From contig OZ219816.1 in the NCBI GenBank assembly GCA_964291235.2, positions 896,001-960,000 of the forward strand: a stretch of DNA of 64,000 bases. The letters are read 5' to 3'. Shown here one piece after another: positions 18,311 through 28,563 of the stretch. The DNA comes from Vicinamibacteria bacterium. Its GTDB lineage: Bacteria > Acidobacteriota > Vicinamibacteria > Marinacidobacterales > Marinacidobacteraceae. The notes under the pieces were generated by a model. That model was not told the DNA's origin and did not search any database. It worked only from the letters and a program-made list of their open reading frames with translations. The position numbers were made by a program, and so were the translations under genes. How positions within the stretch are numbered: the stretch's first letter is position 1; each line of letters begins with the position of its first letter.

Positions 18311-19300
18311 CTACCTCTCGACGTCCCGGATGGCGCTCGCCTCCGGAGCGAGGTAGATGGCGCCGGCGAAGGTATTGATGGTGATTTGCGGCCCGCCGGA
18401 GCCATACCGTCCCTCGAGGCTTCGACTGTCGCGTTCCGCCTCGAAATCCATTTCGTTGTGGATATCACCCGTATAGGTGGTGGCCGCGACGTTGAATCCG
18501 GGAACGGATCCGAGCCCCAGCCGGACCGTGCCCGAGTGGGTCTGAAACTCGTACCAGCCGTCCGGGTGCAGGGCGCCGCTCACCCGAATGGGCGCCGTCA
18601 AGGTCATGAAATGGGCGCGGTGCGCCCGCACGTCCCCCAGATTGAGGTTGCCGCTGACGGTCTCCGCCCGCAGATTGTGGGCTTCCAGGTCCCTGATCTC
18701 GATGGGACCACTGACGCTGCGGAGGAGGAAGTCTCCGTCCGGGGAGCCGATTCCGGCGATGGTGATCGCCGCCGTGAAGGTCCGCACTTCGAGCGAGGCG
18801 CTGTCCGGGAGCCACACTTCGAGGTCCACCGACACCGGCGGCACGCGCCGCGGCGGCCGCACCTCGGTGACGGGTGGATCCTGTCTTCGTCCCTCCCTGG
18901 AGCGGCCCGCCTCGCTCCCCTGATCCCGATCGCCGCGCGGGCGCATCGGGCCAATGTGAATCCGCCGGCCGCGGCGTCGCAGATCAAGGTTCACCTGTTC
19001 GAAGATGCGCGCGGCTTCGTCGGCTGGGAGGTCCGTCTCGAGTCGCTTGACGCCGATCACCCGGAGGGTCGCGTCTTCGCCGGGATCCGTTCCGTGGACC
19101 TCGACGTGCCCGGAGAAGTTCATGATCGAGATACGGGCGTTCGACGGGATTTCGACCGCGTGCTCCACCCGCTCGGTCAAGGGCTGGGCCAGCGCCAGCT
19201 GGGAGCCGGCAAGGCAAACGACCACCGCCGGCGCGGCGCGCCAGGGAAGTCCTTTCCCGGGCCGACACCGCGGCGGCGGATGCGGGGAATACGTCATCAC
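18311..19300 (-). CDS. DUF4097-type beta-strand repeat (adhesin-like) protein
   Basis: Signal peptide; repeated xSG.I/V motifs (NFSGHV, SVSGPI, TVSGNL, THSGTV, TYTGDI). Confidence 0.75.
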   Translation of the reverse strand: MMTYSPHPPPRCRPGKGLPWRAAPAVVVCLAGSQLALAQPLTERVEHAVEIPSNARISIMNFSGHVEVHGTDPGEDATLRVIGVKRLETDLPADEAARIFEQVNLDLRRRGRRIHIGPMRPRGDRDQGSEAGRSREGRRQDPPVTEVRPPRRVPPVSVDLEVWLPDSASLEVRTFTAAITIAGIGSPDGDFLLRSVSGPIEIRDLEAHNLRAETVSGNLNLGDVRAHRAHFMTLTAPIRVSGALHPDGWYEFQTHSGTVRLGLGSVPGFNVAATTYTGDIHNEMDFEAERDSRSLEGRYGSGGPQITINTFAGAIYLAPEASAIRDVER

Positions 19301-19440
19301 TGATCGCTCCTTGGCGGACTCGCTACCTTGTTGCGCCGCACCTCGGCTGGATCAAAGCAGTTCATTTTCAAACGGTTGGGGCGGTGGAGAAAGTCCTGCG
19401 GCGCTGGTCGCCGCGGTGCGGGGTGGTTTTCCACGGTTGG

Positions 19441-19884
19441 TCAATCCGTATCGGGACGTCCTCGTCCCGAGATGGCGTCAATCCGGTCCTGGGCCATTTC
19501 GCTGTCGCCGCGTTCCATGTCCCGCATGAGCATCAGGGTGTTGTGGAACAGGTCCAGCTTCCGGCGCAGACTTTCGAAAAGGGTTTCCTGGGCTTGTTCG
19601 TCTCCGGGCGCGGCGGCGGCGCGCCGGCGGCTGTCGGCGATGGCCGCGTCGAGCGCCTGACGCTCGTCCTCCATGGCCGCGTGCAGGTCTCCGAATCCTT
19701 CCGGATCCGCGGAGCGGAGAGCTGATTCCAGGTCGCCGATCGCCTCTTCGTAGAGGGCTTCGGCTTCGGTGAGCGGATCGGGTGCTTCGGCGGGAGCCGG
19801 CTCTTCTCCAGCCCAGGGCCGCACGATCAACAGGATTGCCACGATCCCCAGGAGGGCTGGCCAGAGCCACCGTGCCGGCCGCAT
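19441..19884 (-). CDS. Single-pass membrane protein, helical, anti-sigma C-terminal-like
   Basis: N-terminal TM helix; AEALYEEAIGDLE...ALDAAIADSR...LFESLRRKLDL. Confidence 0.6.
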   Translation of the reverse strand: MRPARWLWPALLGIVAILLIVRPWAGEEPAPAEAPDPLTEAEALYEEAIGDLESALRSADPEGFGDLHAAMEDERQALDAAIADSRRRAAAAPGDEQAQETLFESLRRKLDLFHNTLMLMRDMERGDSEMAQDRIDAISGRGRPDTD

Positions 19885-19897
19885 GAGGAAACCCTAG

Positions 19898-20076
19898 CAG
19901 CCTGTGGTGAAACTCACGTGAGCGCCGAGGCCGGTGAGGCGCGCGGCTGACAAGGCGCGTGAGGGAGGAATACCGGGTGTATTTCGACCGAAACGCAACG
20001 CAGAACGGAGCGAAGCGGAGTGGTTCAGGCGGGATGCATCGCCGGTCGAACGCCGCGTGGGTTTTGCCACAGGCTG
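19898..20076. mobile_element. MITE family B, long copy
   Basis: TIR CAGCCTGTGGTGAAAC / GTTTTGCCACAGGCTG, flanked by CTAG / CTAA; related copy at 43571-43683. Confidence 0.78.
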
Positions 20077-20157
20077 CTAACGCCCGACAGGCGCCACCCC
20101 GCGGGCCGTGGATGCCAGGAGTCGTCGAAGCACTCTCCGGTGTCTTACGTTCCGCAC

Positions 20158-21873
20158 CTACCCGGGGTTCCGCAGCCACACCGCCGCCCAGGCGGCCACG
20201 ATGGCAAGCGCGGCGAACAGTACCGTCCAGCCGATGGAAGTCCGGAAGGTAAAGCTCTCGCGACGGGGGGAGGCGACGCCGGGGGCGGCCCAGCGGCGCA
20301 CCGCGGAGTCAACTGCCGTCACCGCTTCCCCGCGGAGGGCGCGGGCGACCGGACCGGTGGCCGCGAGCGCTCGCGTGAGCGCGCCGAACAGCCGCGCCAG
20401 GGGGACTCGGTAGAACCAGTCGGTGTCGAGGGCCATCGCGGGCGACGGGGTGAGCATCCGGCGGGCCAGGAAGAAGACCAGACCGGTCGCGGCCAGCAAT
20501 TGGACCGTGGAGACGACGTGGTCCAGCGTGTAGGGAACGTAGGTCGCGGCGTAGGGCAGCCGGCTGTAGAGCAACTGCGGAAATACTCCGTACCCGAAGC
20601 ACAGCCCGCCGGCGATCCCCATGGCGGCCAGCAGGTTCGTCGGCAGGGGGCGGACGGCCACCCCGCGCCGCTCGCCGAAGAACGCGAACCAGGGCAGCTT
20701 CAGCCCCACGGACAAGAAGGTGCCCACGGCGGCGAGCGAGAGCAGCAGCTCCGTCCAGAGGAGGTGCTCCTCGCCGGCGGCGCTGACGATCATGGACTTG
20801 CTGATGAAACCGTTGAACAGCGGAGCACCGGAGATCGAGAGCGCTCCGATTCCGTACATGGCGACCGCGAATCGCATCCGGGGCGAGATTCCGCCCAGAT
20901 CGGAGAGACGCCGCAGGCCGGTGGCCTCGATGGCGGCGCCCGCTCCCATGAACAGCAGCGCCTTGTAGAGAATGTGAGAAAAAGCGTGCGAGGCAGCGCC
21001 GTTGAGTGCGAGCTGGGTGCCGATTCCCACCGCGGTCACCATGTAGCCCACCTGGCTGACGATGTGGTACGAAAGCAATCGCCGGATGTCGTTCTCGATG
21101 ACCGCGAACGCGACTCCGTAGATCGTCATCACCACGCCCAGTGGGATCAGGATCTCGGTGCCCGGGAAGAGGCGCAGCAGGGCATAGACCGCCGTCTTGG
21201 TGGTAAAGGCCGAAAGGAACACGGAGGCCGAAGTAGAGGCCTCCGGGTAGCTGTCGGTCAGCCAGCCGTGGAGGGGCGGAATCGCGGCGTTGATCGCGAC
21301 CGCGGCCAGGATCAGCCAGGATGGTGGCGAGCCGGAGACCAGGGCCCCGAGCGATGCGTCCCCGCCGCTGCCCAGGTGGAGCGCCACGCCGACGAACAAC
21401 AGGGCGCCGCCGGTGGCGTGGACGAGCAGGTAGCGCATTCCCGCCCGCCGGGCGCGGTCCGTCCCGGACTGCCAGATCAGGGCCAGGGACGAAAAGGCCA
21501 TTGCCTCCCAGAAGACGAAGAAGGTGATCCAGTCCCCGGCCAGCACGGTAGCGATCGCGGAGCCGGCATAGAGCAGCGCGGCCGCCGTTTCGCCGGCGCG
21601 CATCCGGTGCGATCCGTAGAGAAACCCGAGCAGCGCCACGATCGCGAAGACCAGCGCGAAGAGCAGGCTCAGCCGGTCCGCGTGGAACCAGATGATCCGG
21701 AATCCCGCGACCGTCGTTTCCAGAGTGCCCTCCAGCCCGCGCAGGAGGGCGAGGAGCGCTCCCACCGCGACGACGACGCCCACCGGCGAACCAGGGAGGC
21801 GCTGGCGGTTGAGAATTACGAACGGAACCCCGAGAAAGAGCCAGAAGGCGGGATGGAGAAGCAGCGCGCTCAC
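20158..21873 (-). CDS. Mrp Na+/H+ antiporter subunit D-like
   Basis: FWEAM, PPLHGWLTDSYPEA, AFTTK, RRLLSYHIVSQVG, HILYKALLF. Confidence 0.88.
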   Translation of the reverse strand: MSALLLHPAFWLFLGVPFVILNRQRLPGSPVGVVVAVGALLALLRGLEGTLETTVAGFRIIWFHADRLSLLFALVFAIVALLGFLYGSHRMRAGETAAALLYAGSAIATVLAGDWITFFVFWEAMAFSSLALIWQSGTDRARRAGMRYLLVHATGGALLFVGVALHLGSGGDASLGALVSGSPPSWLILAAVAINAAIPPLHGWLTDSYPEASTSASVFLSAFTTKTAVYALLRLFPGTEILIPLGVVMTIYGVAFAVIENDIRRLLSYHIVSQVGYMVTAVGIGTQLALNGAASHAFSHILYKALLFMGAGAAIEATGLRRLSDLGGISPRMRFAVAMYGIGALSISGAPLFNGFISKSMIVSAAGEEHLLWTELLLSLAAVGTFLSVGLKLPWFAFFGERRGVAVRPLPTNLLAAMGIAGGLCFGYGVFPQLLYSRLPYAATYVPYTLDHVVSTVQLLAATGLVFFLARRMLTPSPAMALDTDWFYRVPLARLFGALTRALAATGPVARALRGEAVTAVDSAVRRWAAPGVASPRRESFTFRTSIGWTVLFAALAIVAAWAAVWLRNPG

Positions 21874-22109
21874 GGGGCGTTGTCGTAGTAGCTCTCGGGG
21901 CGACTGAGAAAGCGCTTCAGGATCCGGCGCGAAAACCACACGAGACCAGCCGCCCCGATCGCTCCGAGGGCAAGGTCGGCGAGTGGCACGCTGTTCCAGA
22001 AGCCTCCGTGATGCTCTGTCCCGGAGACAAATCCGAACACGTCCAATCCGACGAGCGCGACCGTGGCGACGGCCAGACCCGCCAGCACCAGCGGTCTCCG
22101 CGTTCTCAC
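21870..22109 (-). CDS. Small two-TM membrane protein of the Mrp operon
   Basis: GTG overlapping the upstream stop, two hydrophobic helices, C-terminal RPESYYD. Confidence 0.7.
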   Translation of the reverse strand: MRTRRPLVLAGLAVATVALVGLDVFGFVSGTEHHGGFWNSVPLADLALGAIGAAGLVWFSRRILKRFLSRPESYYDNAP

Positions 22110-23620
22110 GGCGTGCCTCCCAATCCGGTCAGGAACTGGGGAGCGGCCGTGGCAACGCTTTCGGCGGCGGACTGGGCGAGGAACCAGAAGCGGACGCCGG
22201 CGTCGGGAAACAGCCCGAGCGCGATCGCCGCCAGCGCGGCGAAAACCGGCGGGGCCACCAGCCAGGGGGTTGGTTCCCTCGCGGGACGGGAGTCGCCGGG
22301 TTCGAAGATCGCGATCCGGAGGATGGGCAGGTAGTAGGCGAGGTTCAGCAGACCGCTGACGACCAGCAAGAAGACCACCCAGAGCTGGTCGCCGCCGAGG
22401 GCGCCGATAGCGATGTTCCACTTGCTGATGAATCCCGGGAGCAGCGGAACTCCGGCCATCCCGAGTGCCCCGACCCCGAACGCGGCGAACGTGAAGGGCA
22501 TGGCGCGGCCCAGCCCGGACAACTGGGATATGTGCTCCCTTCCGGTCGCCGCATAGACGGAGCCCGCGCAGAAGAAGAGGGTGATTTTCAGGAAACCGTG
22601 GGCGACGATGTGAAAGGCGGCCCCCGCGAGGGCCAACGGGGTGCCGATCGCGGCCCCGAGAACGATGTAGCTGAGCTGGCTGATGGTCGAGTAGGCGAGT
22701 CGGCGCTTGAAGTGGTCCTCCCCCAGGGCGCGTAGCGACGCCATCAGAATCGTGCCGGCAGCGAGCAGGGCGAGCGGCAGGGCCAGCCCCAGATCGTGCA
22801 TCAGCTCGGGGCCGAAGACCCATCCTGTCAGCCGCAGGACACCGAACGCCCCCGCCTTGACGACCGCGACCGCGTGGAGCAGGGCGCTCACCGGAGTGGG
22901 CGCCACCATGGCGGCCGGCAGCCAGCCATGCAGCGGAAACAGTGCCGCCTTGGAGCCCACGCCTACGAGGAGGAGCACGAAGAGGACGCGGAGGGCGCCG
23001 TCCGAAGCGGTGCCGGTGAGGAAGCCGCCGGGAGTGAACTGCGCGCCGGGGGCCAGGGTGCCCGCCCACACCACGGCGCCCAGCAGCAGTTGACCCGCGA
23101 TGAGGGTGTAGGCGAGGTAGGACCGTCCCGACCCGAGCACTCCCGAAGTCCGCTTGTGCACCACCAGGGGCCACGTCGCCAGGGTAAGGACCTCGTAGCA
23201 GATCAGGAACGTCACGAGGTTGGCGGCGAGGGCGACACCGGCGGCCGCCGACACCGCCGTCGCGAACGCAGCGAAGTAGCCGGTCTGGTGCTTGAGGCCG
23301 AGCGTCCGGAGATACCCCACGGAGTAGCTGGAGGTGGCCAGCCAGAGGATCGAGGCGAGGGTGAGGAAAATGAGCCCCAGCGGGTCGGCGCGGAACTGGA
23401 GCGGCATCCCCGGGAGCAGGGGCAGGGCCGGGCTCAGGTGGGCTGCGCCCACGAAGGCGGCCGGCAGCATGGAAAGCGCCGCGCCGAGCTGCACGGCTCC
23501 CGCCAGGAACGTCCACCCCTCCCGGAGGGCGGGACGCCGCCTGCTGAGGAGAATCGGAACCACCACGGCCAACCCCGCGCCTACGGCGAGGAAGGGGCGC
23601 AGCGAGACGATCTCGGTCAC
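22106..23620 (-). CDS. Mrp Na+/H+ antiporter subunit D family
   Basis: KAALFPLHGWLPAAMVAPTPVSALLHAVAVVKAG, KRRLAYSTISQLSY. Confidence 0.9.
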   Translation of the reverse strand: MTEIVSLRPFLAVGAGLAVVVPILLSRRRPALREGWTFLAGAVQLGAALSMLPAAFVGAAHLSPALPLLPGMPLQFRADPLGLIFLTLASILWLATSSYSVGYLRTLGLKHQTGYFAAFATAVSAAAGVALAANLVTFLICYEVLTLATWPLVVHKRTSGVLGSGRSYLAYTLIAGQLLLGAVVWAGTLAPGAQFTPGGFLTGTASDGALRVLFVLLLVGVGSKAALFPLHGWLPAAMVAPTPVSALLHAVAVVKAGAFGVLRLTGWVFGPELMHDLGLALPLALLAAGTILMASLRALGEDHFKRRLAYSTISQLSYIVLGAAIGTPLALAGAAFHIVAHGFLKITLFFCAGSVYAATGREHISQLSGLGRAMPFTFAAFGVGALGMAGVPLLPGFISKWNIAIGALGGDQLWVVFLLVVSGLLNLAYYLPILRIAIFEPGDSRPAREPTPWLVAPPVFAALAAIALGLFPDAGVRFWFLAQSAAESVATAAPQFLTGLGGTP

Positions 23621-25161
23621 GGAGTTGCGGTCCGGGAAACGCTCGGCGCTCCGGACGGCCAGTCCGGCAGCACCTGCCGCTCGAAGGGACGCGCGAACAC
23701 CCCGGTGAGCAGTAACAGGGCGGCGAGTCCGATGACCGGGGCCGCGAGCGAGCGGGGCCAGAGCGGGGAGCGGCCTCCGGCCGGATCAGGAGGAGCAGCG
23801 GCATCCGCCGCCGCGGCCGGCGCCTGGAACCACACCGCCTCCAGCAGCCGGAGGAAATAGACGGTGGCCAGCAGGCTGGAAACGATGATGGCGGCGAAGG
23901 CCGCCACCCCCGCGGGTCCTCCGGTCTCGATGGAGGCCGAGAGCAGGTAGTACTTCGAGAAGAACCCGGCGGTCGGCGGAATGCCGATCATGGAGAGCGC
24001 GGCGACGGTGAGTGCTGCCAGGGTCCACGGGGCGCGGGCGCCGAGTCCGGCCCAATGCGCGACGTCGTCACCGCCCCGCCGGTCGCGGATGCCGCCGGCG
24101 CCGAAGAACAGGCATCCCTTGGCCAGCGCGTGCGCCACGATGTGGAAGAGGGCGCCGGTGATGGCGAGCGCGGACCCCATTCCCACCCCGATGAGGATCA
24201 TTCCCATGGCCGAGATGCTGGACCAGGCGAGCATCCGGGTGACGGCCCGCTGGGCAACGGCGAGGACTCCGCCCACCAGCACTCCCAGGACTCCCAGCCA
24301 GAGCGTCATTTCGAGGACCACCGCGCCTGCCTGGGTCCCGGCCAGCACCTCTCCGAGCAAACGGAGGAGCGCGTAGGCGCTGACCTTTGCCATGACGGCG
24401 GCGATGAACCCGGCCGCGGGAGTCGGTGTGTACGCGTAGGTGTCGGGCAGCCAGCCGTGGAGCGGAAAGAGCGCCGCCTTGATGGAAAGACCGACGGCGA
24501 TCAGGACCACCGCGACAGTGAGAGCTCCATCCGCTTCGACCGTCGCGAGCCGGGCGGCGAGGTCGTCCATGTTGAGGGTTCCGGTAAGTGCGTAGAGGAA
24601 CCCGACGCCGAACAGATAGAGCGAGCCGGCGGCGGTGCCGGCCAGCAGGTATCGAAAGGCCGCGACAGTGGCGCGGCCTCCCCCGGACGCGATGAGGGTG
24701 TACGCGGCGAGCGAGGAGATCTCGAGAAAGACGAAGAGGTTGAAGACATCCCGGGTGACGACAATCCCCAGCAGGCCGCCCAACAGCAGGAGCAGGGCTC
24801 CGCGCAGCAGACCCTCCCGGATCGGGCTCGTGGCCGGTCCCCTGCCGTCAGGCTCCTTGCCGAAGGTCTGGGCGACCGCGGCAAAACACGCCATGCCGGC
24901 CACCAGCAATGCGATCAGCCCACTCAGGCCGTCCAGCCACAGTTCGATGCCCCAGGGGCCCGGCCAGCCTCCTACCGCATACCGAATCGGCCCGTTTGCG
25001 GCCACCGAGACGAACAGGCCCAGGGCGGTTCCGAAGATCGCGGCGTGCAGGCCGAGCGCCAGGCCGCGGGTGCTGCGGCGCCGGAGGACGGCGAGCAGCG
25101 GAACGAGGGCTGCCCCGGCCAGTGGCAGCGCGACCAGCAGACCGGGAAGGATGTCGCGCAC
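23617..25161 (-). CDS. mrpD: Mrp Na+/H+ antiporter subunit D
   Basis: DVFNLFVFLEI, KAALFPLHGWLPDTY, GIPPTAGFFSK. Confidence 0.9.
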   Translation of the reverse strand: MRDILPGLLVALPLAGAALVPLLAVLRRRSTRGLALGLHAAIFGTALGLFVSVAANGPIRYAVGGWPGPWGIELWLDGLSGLIALLVAGMACFAAVAQTFGKEPDGRGPATSPIREGLLRGALLLLLGGLLGIVVTRDVFNLFVFLEISSLAAYTLIASGGGRATVAAFRYLLAGTAAGSLYLFGVGFLYALTGTLNMDDLAARLATVEADGALTVAVVLIAVGLSIKAALFPLHGWLPDTYAYTPTPAAGFIAAVMAKVSAYALLRLLGEVLAGTQAGAVVLEMTLWLGVLGVLVGGVLAVAQRAVTRMLAWSSISAMGMILIGVGMGSALAITGALFHIVAHALAKGCLFFGAGGIRDRRGGDDVAHWAGLGARAPWTLAALTVAALSMIGIPPTAGFFSKYYLLSASIETGGPAGVAAFAAIIVSSLLATVYFLRLLEAVWFQAPAAAADAAAPPDPAGGRSPLWPRSLAAPVIGLAALLLLTGVFARPFERQVLPDWPSGAPSVSRTATP

Positions 25162-25173
25162 GCGTGCCGGCCG

Positions 25174-25518
25174 CTACCGGAGTTGGTCGCGCAGTCGCGG
25201 TTCGTTGAGCGTCCGGAAACGACCCCTGATGCGCACGAGCAGACCGAGCGCGAGACCGGTGGTGGCAACGGAAACCACGATGGCGGTGAGCATCAGGGTG
25301 TGGGGCAGGGGGTTCATGAAATCCGCCGCCGCCGGACTTCCTCCCTCGCCGAGGATCGGGATCGAAGCGCCCTCCTTGTATCCGAGAGAAATGAAGAACA
25401 CGATGACCGCGACCTGCATCACATTCATCGCGAGTAGTTTGCGCAGGAGGTTCGGCAGCATCGCCATGCCGCCGATGCCGATGGTGAAGAGCACGGCGGC
25501 GAATGCGTACGTAGTCAA
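25174..25518 (-). CDS. mrpC: Mrp antiporter subunit C
   Basis: NPLPHTLMLTAIVVSVA signature. Confidence 0.9.
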   Translation of the reverse strand: MTTYAFAAVLFTIGIGGMAMLPNLLRKLLAMNVMQVAVIVFFISLGYKEGASIPILGEGGSPAAADFMNPLPHTLMLTAIVVSVATTGLALGLLVRIRGRFRTLNEPRLRDQLR

Positions 25519-26363
25519 TCGGGACTGCCTCCGTCGGGCTGCGGAGGAACGCCGTTTTCGCCCATGCCGAGGCTGATGGTGTCGAACAGCATGCTCACCG
25601 TGCCCGCGACCGTGAGGAATACGGCGGCTTCGATGCCGAGGGTGGCGAGTTCCCGAACGTGGGCGGGATCACCTCCCAGGGGCAGCACACCGTAGTCGAG
25701 AAAGGCGCCGCCAAACGCCATGGCGGCCAGTCCGATCCCGACGTACCCGAGGATCCCGGCGCAGGCGAGGATGAGGGACCCTCGAAGGCCCGGACCGAAG
25801 GCCGGGACCTCCGGATCCCCGTTGGGGCGCGTGCGCGGCGGCCCCCAGACGAACCGCATCATGATGAGCCCGGAGCCGAACAGCACACCGCCCTGAAAGC
25901 CGCCTCCCGGGCTCACGTGCCCGTGGACGAGGACGTACACCGCGAATAGCAGCACTACCGGAACGAGGATCCTGGCGACGGTGTCCAGGAGGACACTTCC
26001 GAAGGGATGGGACATCCCGGGGGCGGGCCTCTCGGTGGGCGCGCCCCCGAACGCAAGGATCACGAGACACCCGAGACCCGCCGCGAAGATGACCGCCGTT
26101 TCGCCGAGCGTGTCGTAGCCGCGATAGTCGGCGAGGACCGCGGTCACCATGTTCGCGGCCCCCGTTTCGCCGGCGGCGTCCTCGATGTAGCGGGGCGAGA
26201 CGTGGGTGGACGCGGGAGAGGCGGGATCGCCAAACCGCGGCAGCTCCGCCATGCCGGCGACGAGGCCGCCCAGCAGGGCCAGGAACGCGACGACTCCCAG
26301 GAACCTCCCCAGGCGGACCGTCCACGACGCGCGACCGGGAGGCGCCGCCGACGAGGAGTCCAT
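25515..26363 (-). CDS. mrpB: Mrp antiporter subunit B (MnhB domain)
   Basis: NMVTAVLADYRGYDTLGE and GHVSPGGGFQGG. Confidence 0.88.
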   Translation of the reverse strand: MDSSSAAPPGRASWTVRLGRFLGVVAFLALLGGLVAGMAELPRFGDPASPASTHVSPRYIEDAAGETGAANMVTAVLADYRGYDTLGETAVIFAAGLGCLVILAFGGAPTERPAPGMSHPFGSVLLDTVARILVPVVLLFAVYVLVHGHVSPGGGFQGGVLFGSGLIMMRFVWGPPRTRPNGDPEVPAFGPGLRGSLILACAGILGYVGIGLAAMAFGGAFLDYGVLPLGGDPAHVRELATLGIEAAVFLTVAGTVSMLFDTISLGMGENGVPPQPDGGSPD

Positions 26364-26611
26364 CAGTCGAATTCCCGGCTGGTCCGGAACGCGGTGGAGA
26401 CGAACAGGATCGTGGTCAACGCCCCCCCGACGCAGGCCTCGGTAAAGGCCACGTCCACGGCGCCCAGCAGCGCGAACCAGGTCGCTGCCGAGAAGCTGAA
26501 GACCCCGAAGAGGGCCGCCGCCGCCAGCAGATCCCTGGCGGCGAGCGCGCACACCGCGGAAATCACCATCGCGGCGAGCAGGCCGATGCTGATCAGGTGC
26601 GCTTCGCCCAT
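26363..26611 (-). CDS. DUF4040 (MrpB-associated/MbhD-like) small subunit
   Basis: LGAVDVAFTEACVG motif; translationally coupled. Confidence 0.82.
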   Translation of the reverse strand: MGEAHLISIGLLAAMVISAVCALAARDLLAAAALFGVFSFSAATWFALLGAVDVAFTEACVGGALTTILFVSTAFRTSREFD

Positions 26612-26928
26612 CACGACCCCTTCGGCGGCTCGTAGGTTCCCCACATCGGAACACCGCTGCGGCGGGCCGCCCGGGCGAGAGCGTGCGTCGCCGTCGGGTT
26701 GGCAAGACCCACGAAGATCAGCACCAGAATGAGCTTGACGGCTACCTCGGGGTCACGGGAGAGGACGGCGAGCCCGAGAAGGCTGAGCGCGAGCCCGGCG
26801 GTCTCGCATTTCCCGATCGCGTGGAGTCGCGTGAAGAAATCAGGGAGACGCAGGACACCAATAACCGCGGTCAGGATGAAGAACGATCCGGCCGCCAGCA
26901 GGATGGCGGCGAGCGTCTCGATCAGCAT
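26611..26928 (-). CDS. mrpG: Mrp antiporter subunit G
   Basis: IGVLRLPDFFTRLHAIGK, NPTATHALARAA. Confidence 0.9.
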   Translation of the reverse strand: MLIETLAAILLAAGSFFILTAVIGVLRLPDFFTRLHAIGKCETAGLALSLLGLAVLSRDPEVAVKLILVLIFVGLANPTATHALARAARRSGVPMWGTYEPPKGS

Positions 26929-26942
26929 GAACGGGAACGGGA

Positions 26943-27206
26943 TCAGCCGCGGGAGGCCTCGAAATACTTGGCGATGACCAGCGCGCCGAGAAACCCGATG
27001 AGCGCGTAGGCGAGCGCGATGTCGGTGAACATCTCCGGCCGCCCGGAGAGTTCTCCCGCGACCACCAGCAGAATCAGGGTCTTGGCGGCGATGAGCGCCA
27101 GCCCCGAGAGGCGATCCCACAGCGTCGGTCCGCGCACGACGCGGAAGAGGGATCCGGCCGCGGCCAGCAGGAGGATGCCCGCGAAGGCGATCAGCAGGAG
27201 GTGCAT
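26943..27206 (-). CDS. mrpF: Mrp antiporter subunit F
   Basis: RVVRGPTLWDR, DIALAYALIGF. Confidence 0.9.
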   Translation of the reverse strand: MHLLLIAFAGILLLAAAGSLFRVVRGPTLWDRLSGLALIAAKTLILLVVAGELSGRPEMFTDIALAYALIGFLGALVIAKYFEASRG

Positions 27207-27739
27207 CAGCGGGGAAGGGCCAGAACCTTGAAGAGCTTGCGCACCCGCCGGACAATCGGGCCCCCGTCGCCGGCAAAGCTCAGGGCCGTGGCCTCATCGA
27301 GCAGATGGACGTCGAGGCCCTCGTCGTCGCAGTCGATGGTCAGAGTACCCGGGGTCAGGGTAATGGAGTGAGCGAGGGTCAGGCGGGCGATCGGATGCGG
27401 CAGGTCATCCCGGAGGCGCACGATCAGCGGGGCGATCAGCAACCGGCGACCGAGCACCACGCGCGCCACGTCGCCTGCCGCCCGCAGGATCTGCACCGCC
27501 AACCAACCGCCATAGCCCAGGAGGTGATGAATTTTCAGGGGAATGCGGGCGAAGTCACCGGAAGGCATCGGCCGCGGAAACGACTGGTACAGCCCGCGCG
27601 TTGTGAACGCGATGGCGGAGGCCGAAATCAGGCCGATCGTCAGATGAAAGGCGTCCAGCTTCTGGGAAAGGGCGACCCAGAAACCGAAGAGCAGGAGAGC
27701 GGCCAGGACCACTGGCCGGACGCGGCGCCGATCCGACAT
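27206..27739 (-). CDS. mrpE: Mrp antiporter subunit E
   Basis: LAHSITLTPGTLTID signature. Confidence 0.9.
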   Translation of the reverse strand: MSDRRRVRPVVLAALLLFGFWVALSQKLDAFHLTIGLISASAIAFTTRGLYQSFPRPMPSGDFARIPLKIHHLLGYGGWLAVQILRAAGDVARVVLGRRLLIAPLIVRLRDDLPHPIARLTLAHSITLTPGTLTIDCDDEGLDVHLLDEATALSFAGDGGPIVRRVRKLFKVLALPR

Positions 27740-27764
27740 TCAGGTCTGGAATCCCACGTGGGGG

Positions 27765-28463
27765 TTACTTGTAGTAGTTGACCCCGATCATGGCCTGCTG
27801 CGTGCGGAAGGAGAAGTCTTTCGATGACCAGAGGCGGTATTCCGCGCGCGCCGACAGGTAGGAGAAGACATAGACCTCGAAGCCGACGGCGATGTGCGCG
27901 GTGGGCGCGTAGGTCGTGTGCTCCAGGGTGATCTCGTTTCCGATGGGAACCCGGATCCGGAAATTCGTCTGTTGATCGTCCGCGGGATCGGTCGTCTCGT
28001 AGATGAAATCCTCCCGGAGTTCATCCCGCCGCACGATTCCGGCTCCGGCAAGGACGTACATCTGGAACGGCTGGCGCCTCCCGAGGTGGTACACGACGGA
28101 CCCGTCCAGGTGGTACCGATTGGTCCGGAACTGGTATGCGGGTTCCGCCACCACATCCTCGACCGCATCGTTGGTCGCCGTGTAGCGCCGGTTGGAGCGC
28201 CCGAAGAAGACCCCGGTGGCGATACTGAAGCGCTCGGTCGCCCGAAACGCCGCCGTTCCGCCGATTCCGGCGCCCCTTCCCGGACTCAGTTCGGGACGCG
28301 CGAAGAACTGGAGCCCCGCCCCGGCGAACAGTCGGAATTTATGGTCCTGGCCGGTAGCCGGGGCTGCCGCCAGCAGCACCAGAGCCACGAATACAGGGGA
28401 AAAAGCCGCGCGGAGGCGGCTACGCCGCGCCGTCGGCAGGGGGATGTCTTCCGGCGCTGTCAA
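27765..28463 (-). CDS. Outer-membrane beta-barrel protein
   Basis: Signal peptide, alternating amphipathic strands, ARAEYR, aromatic C-terminus (IGVNYYK). Confidence 0.65.
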   Translation of the reverse strand: MTAPEDIPLPTARRSRLRAAFSPVFVALVLLAAAPATGQDHKFRLFAGAGLQFFARPELSPGRGAGIGGTAAFRATERFSIATGVFFGRSNRRYTATNDAVEDVVAEPAYQFRTNRYHLDGSVVYHLGRRQPFQMYVLAGAGIVRRDELREDFIYETTDPADDQQTNFRIRVPIGNEITLEHTTYAPTAHIAVGFEVYVFSYLSARAEYRLWSSKDFSFRTQQAMIGVNYYK

Positions 28464-28563
28464 ATCGGTCGGAATGCTACTCCACCGCGAGCGGTCCGGG
28501 AGCGGGGCACCTCAGAGTCTCCGCCCGATGCGCGATTTGGAACGGAGCGGAGTCCCATTGCGA

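Noticed and set aside
20158-27739. Possible membrane-bound hydrogenase or complex I
   Set aside because: Only antiporter-type subunits; no NiFe, Fe-S or NuoB/C/D/H/I genes; fits a stand-alone Mrp operon.
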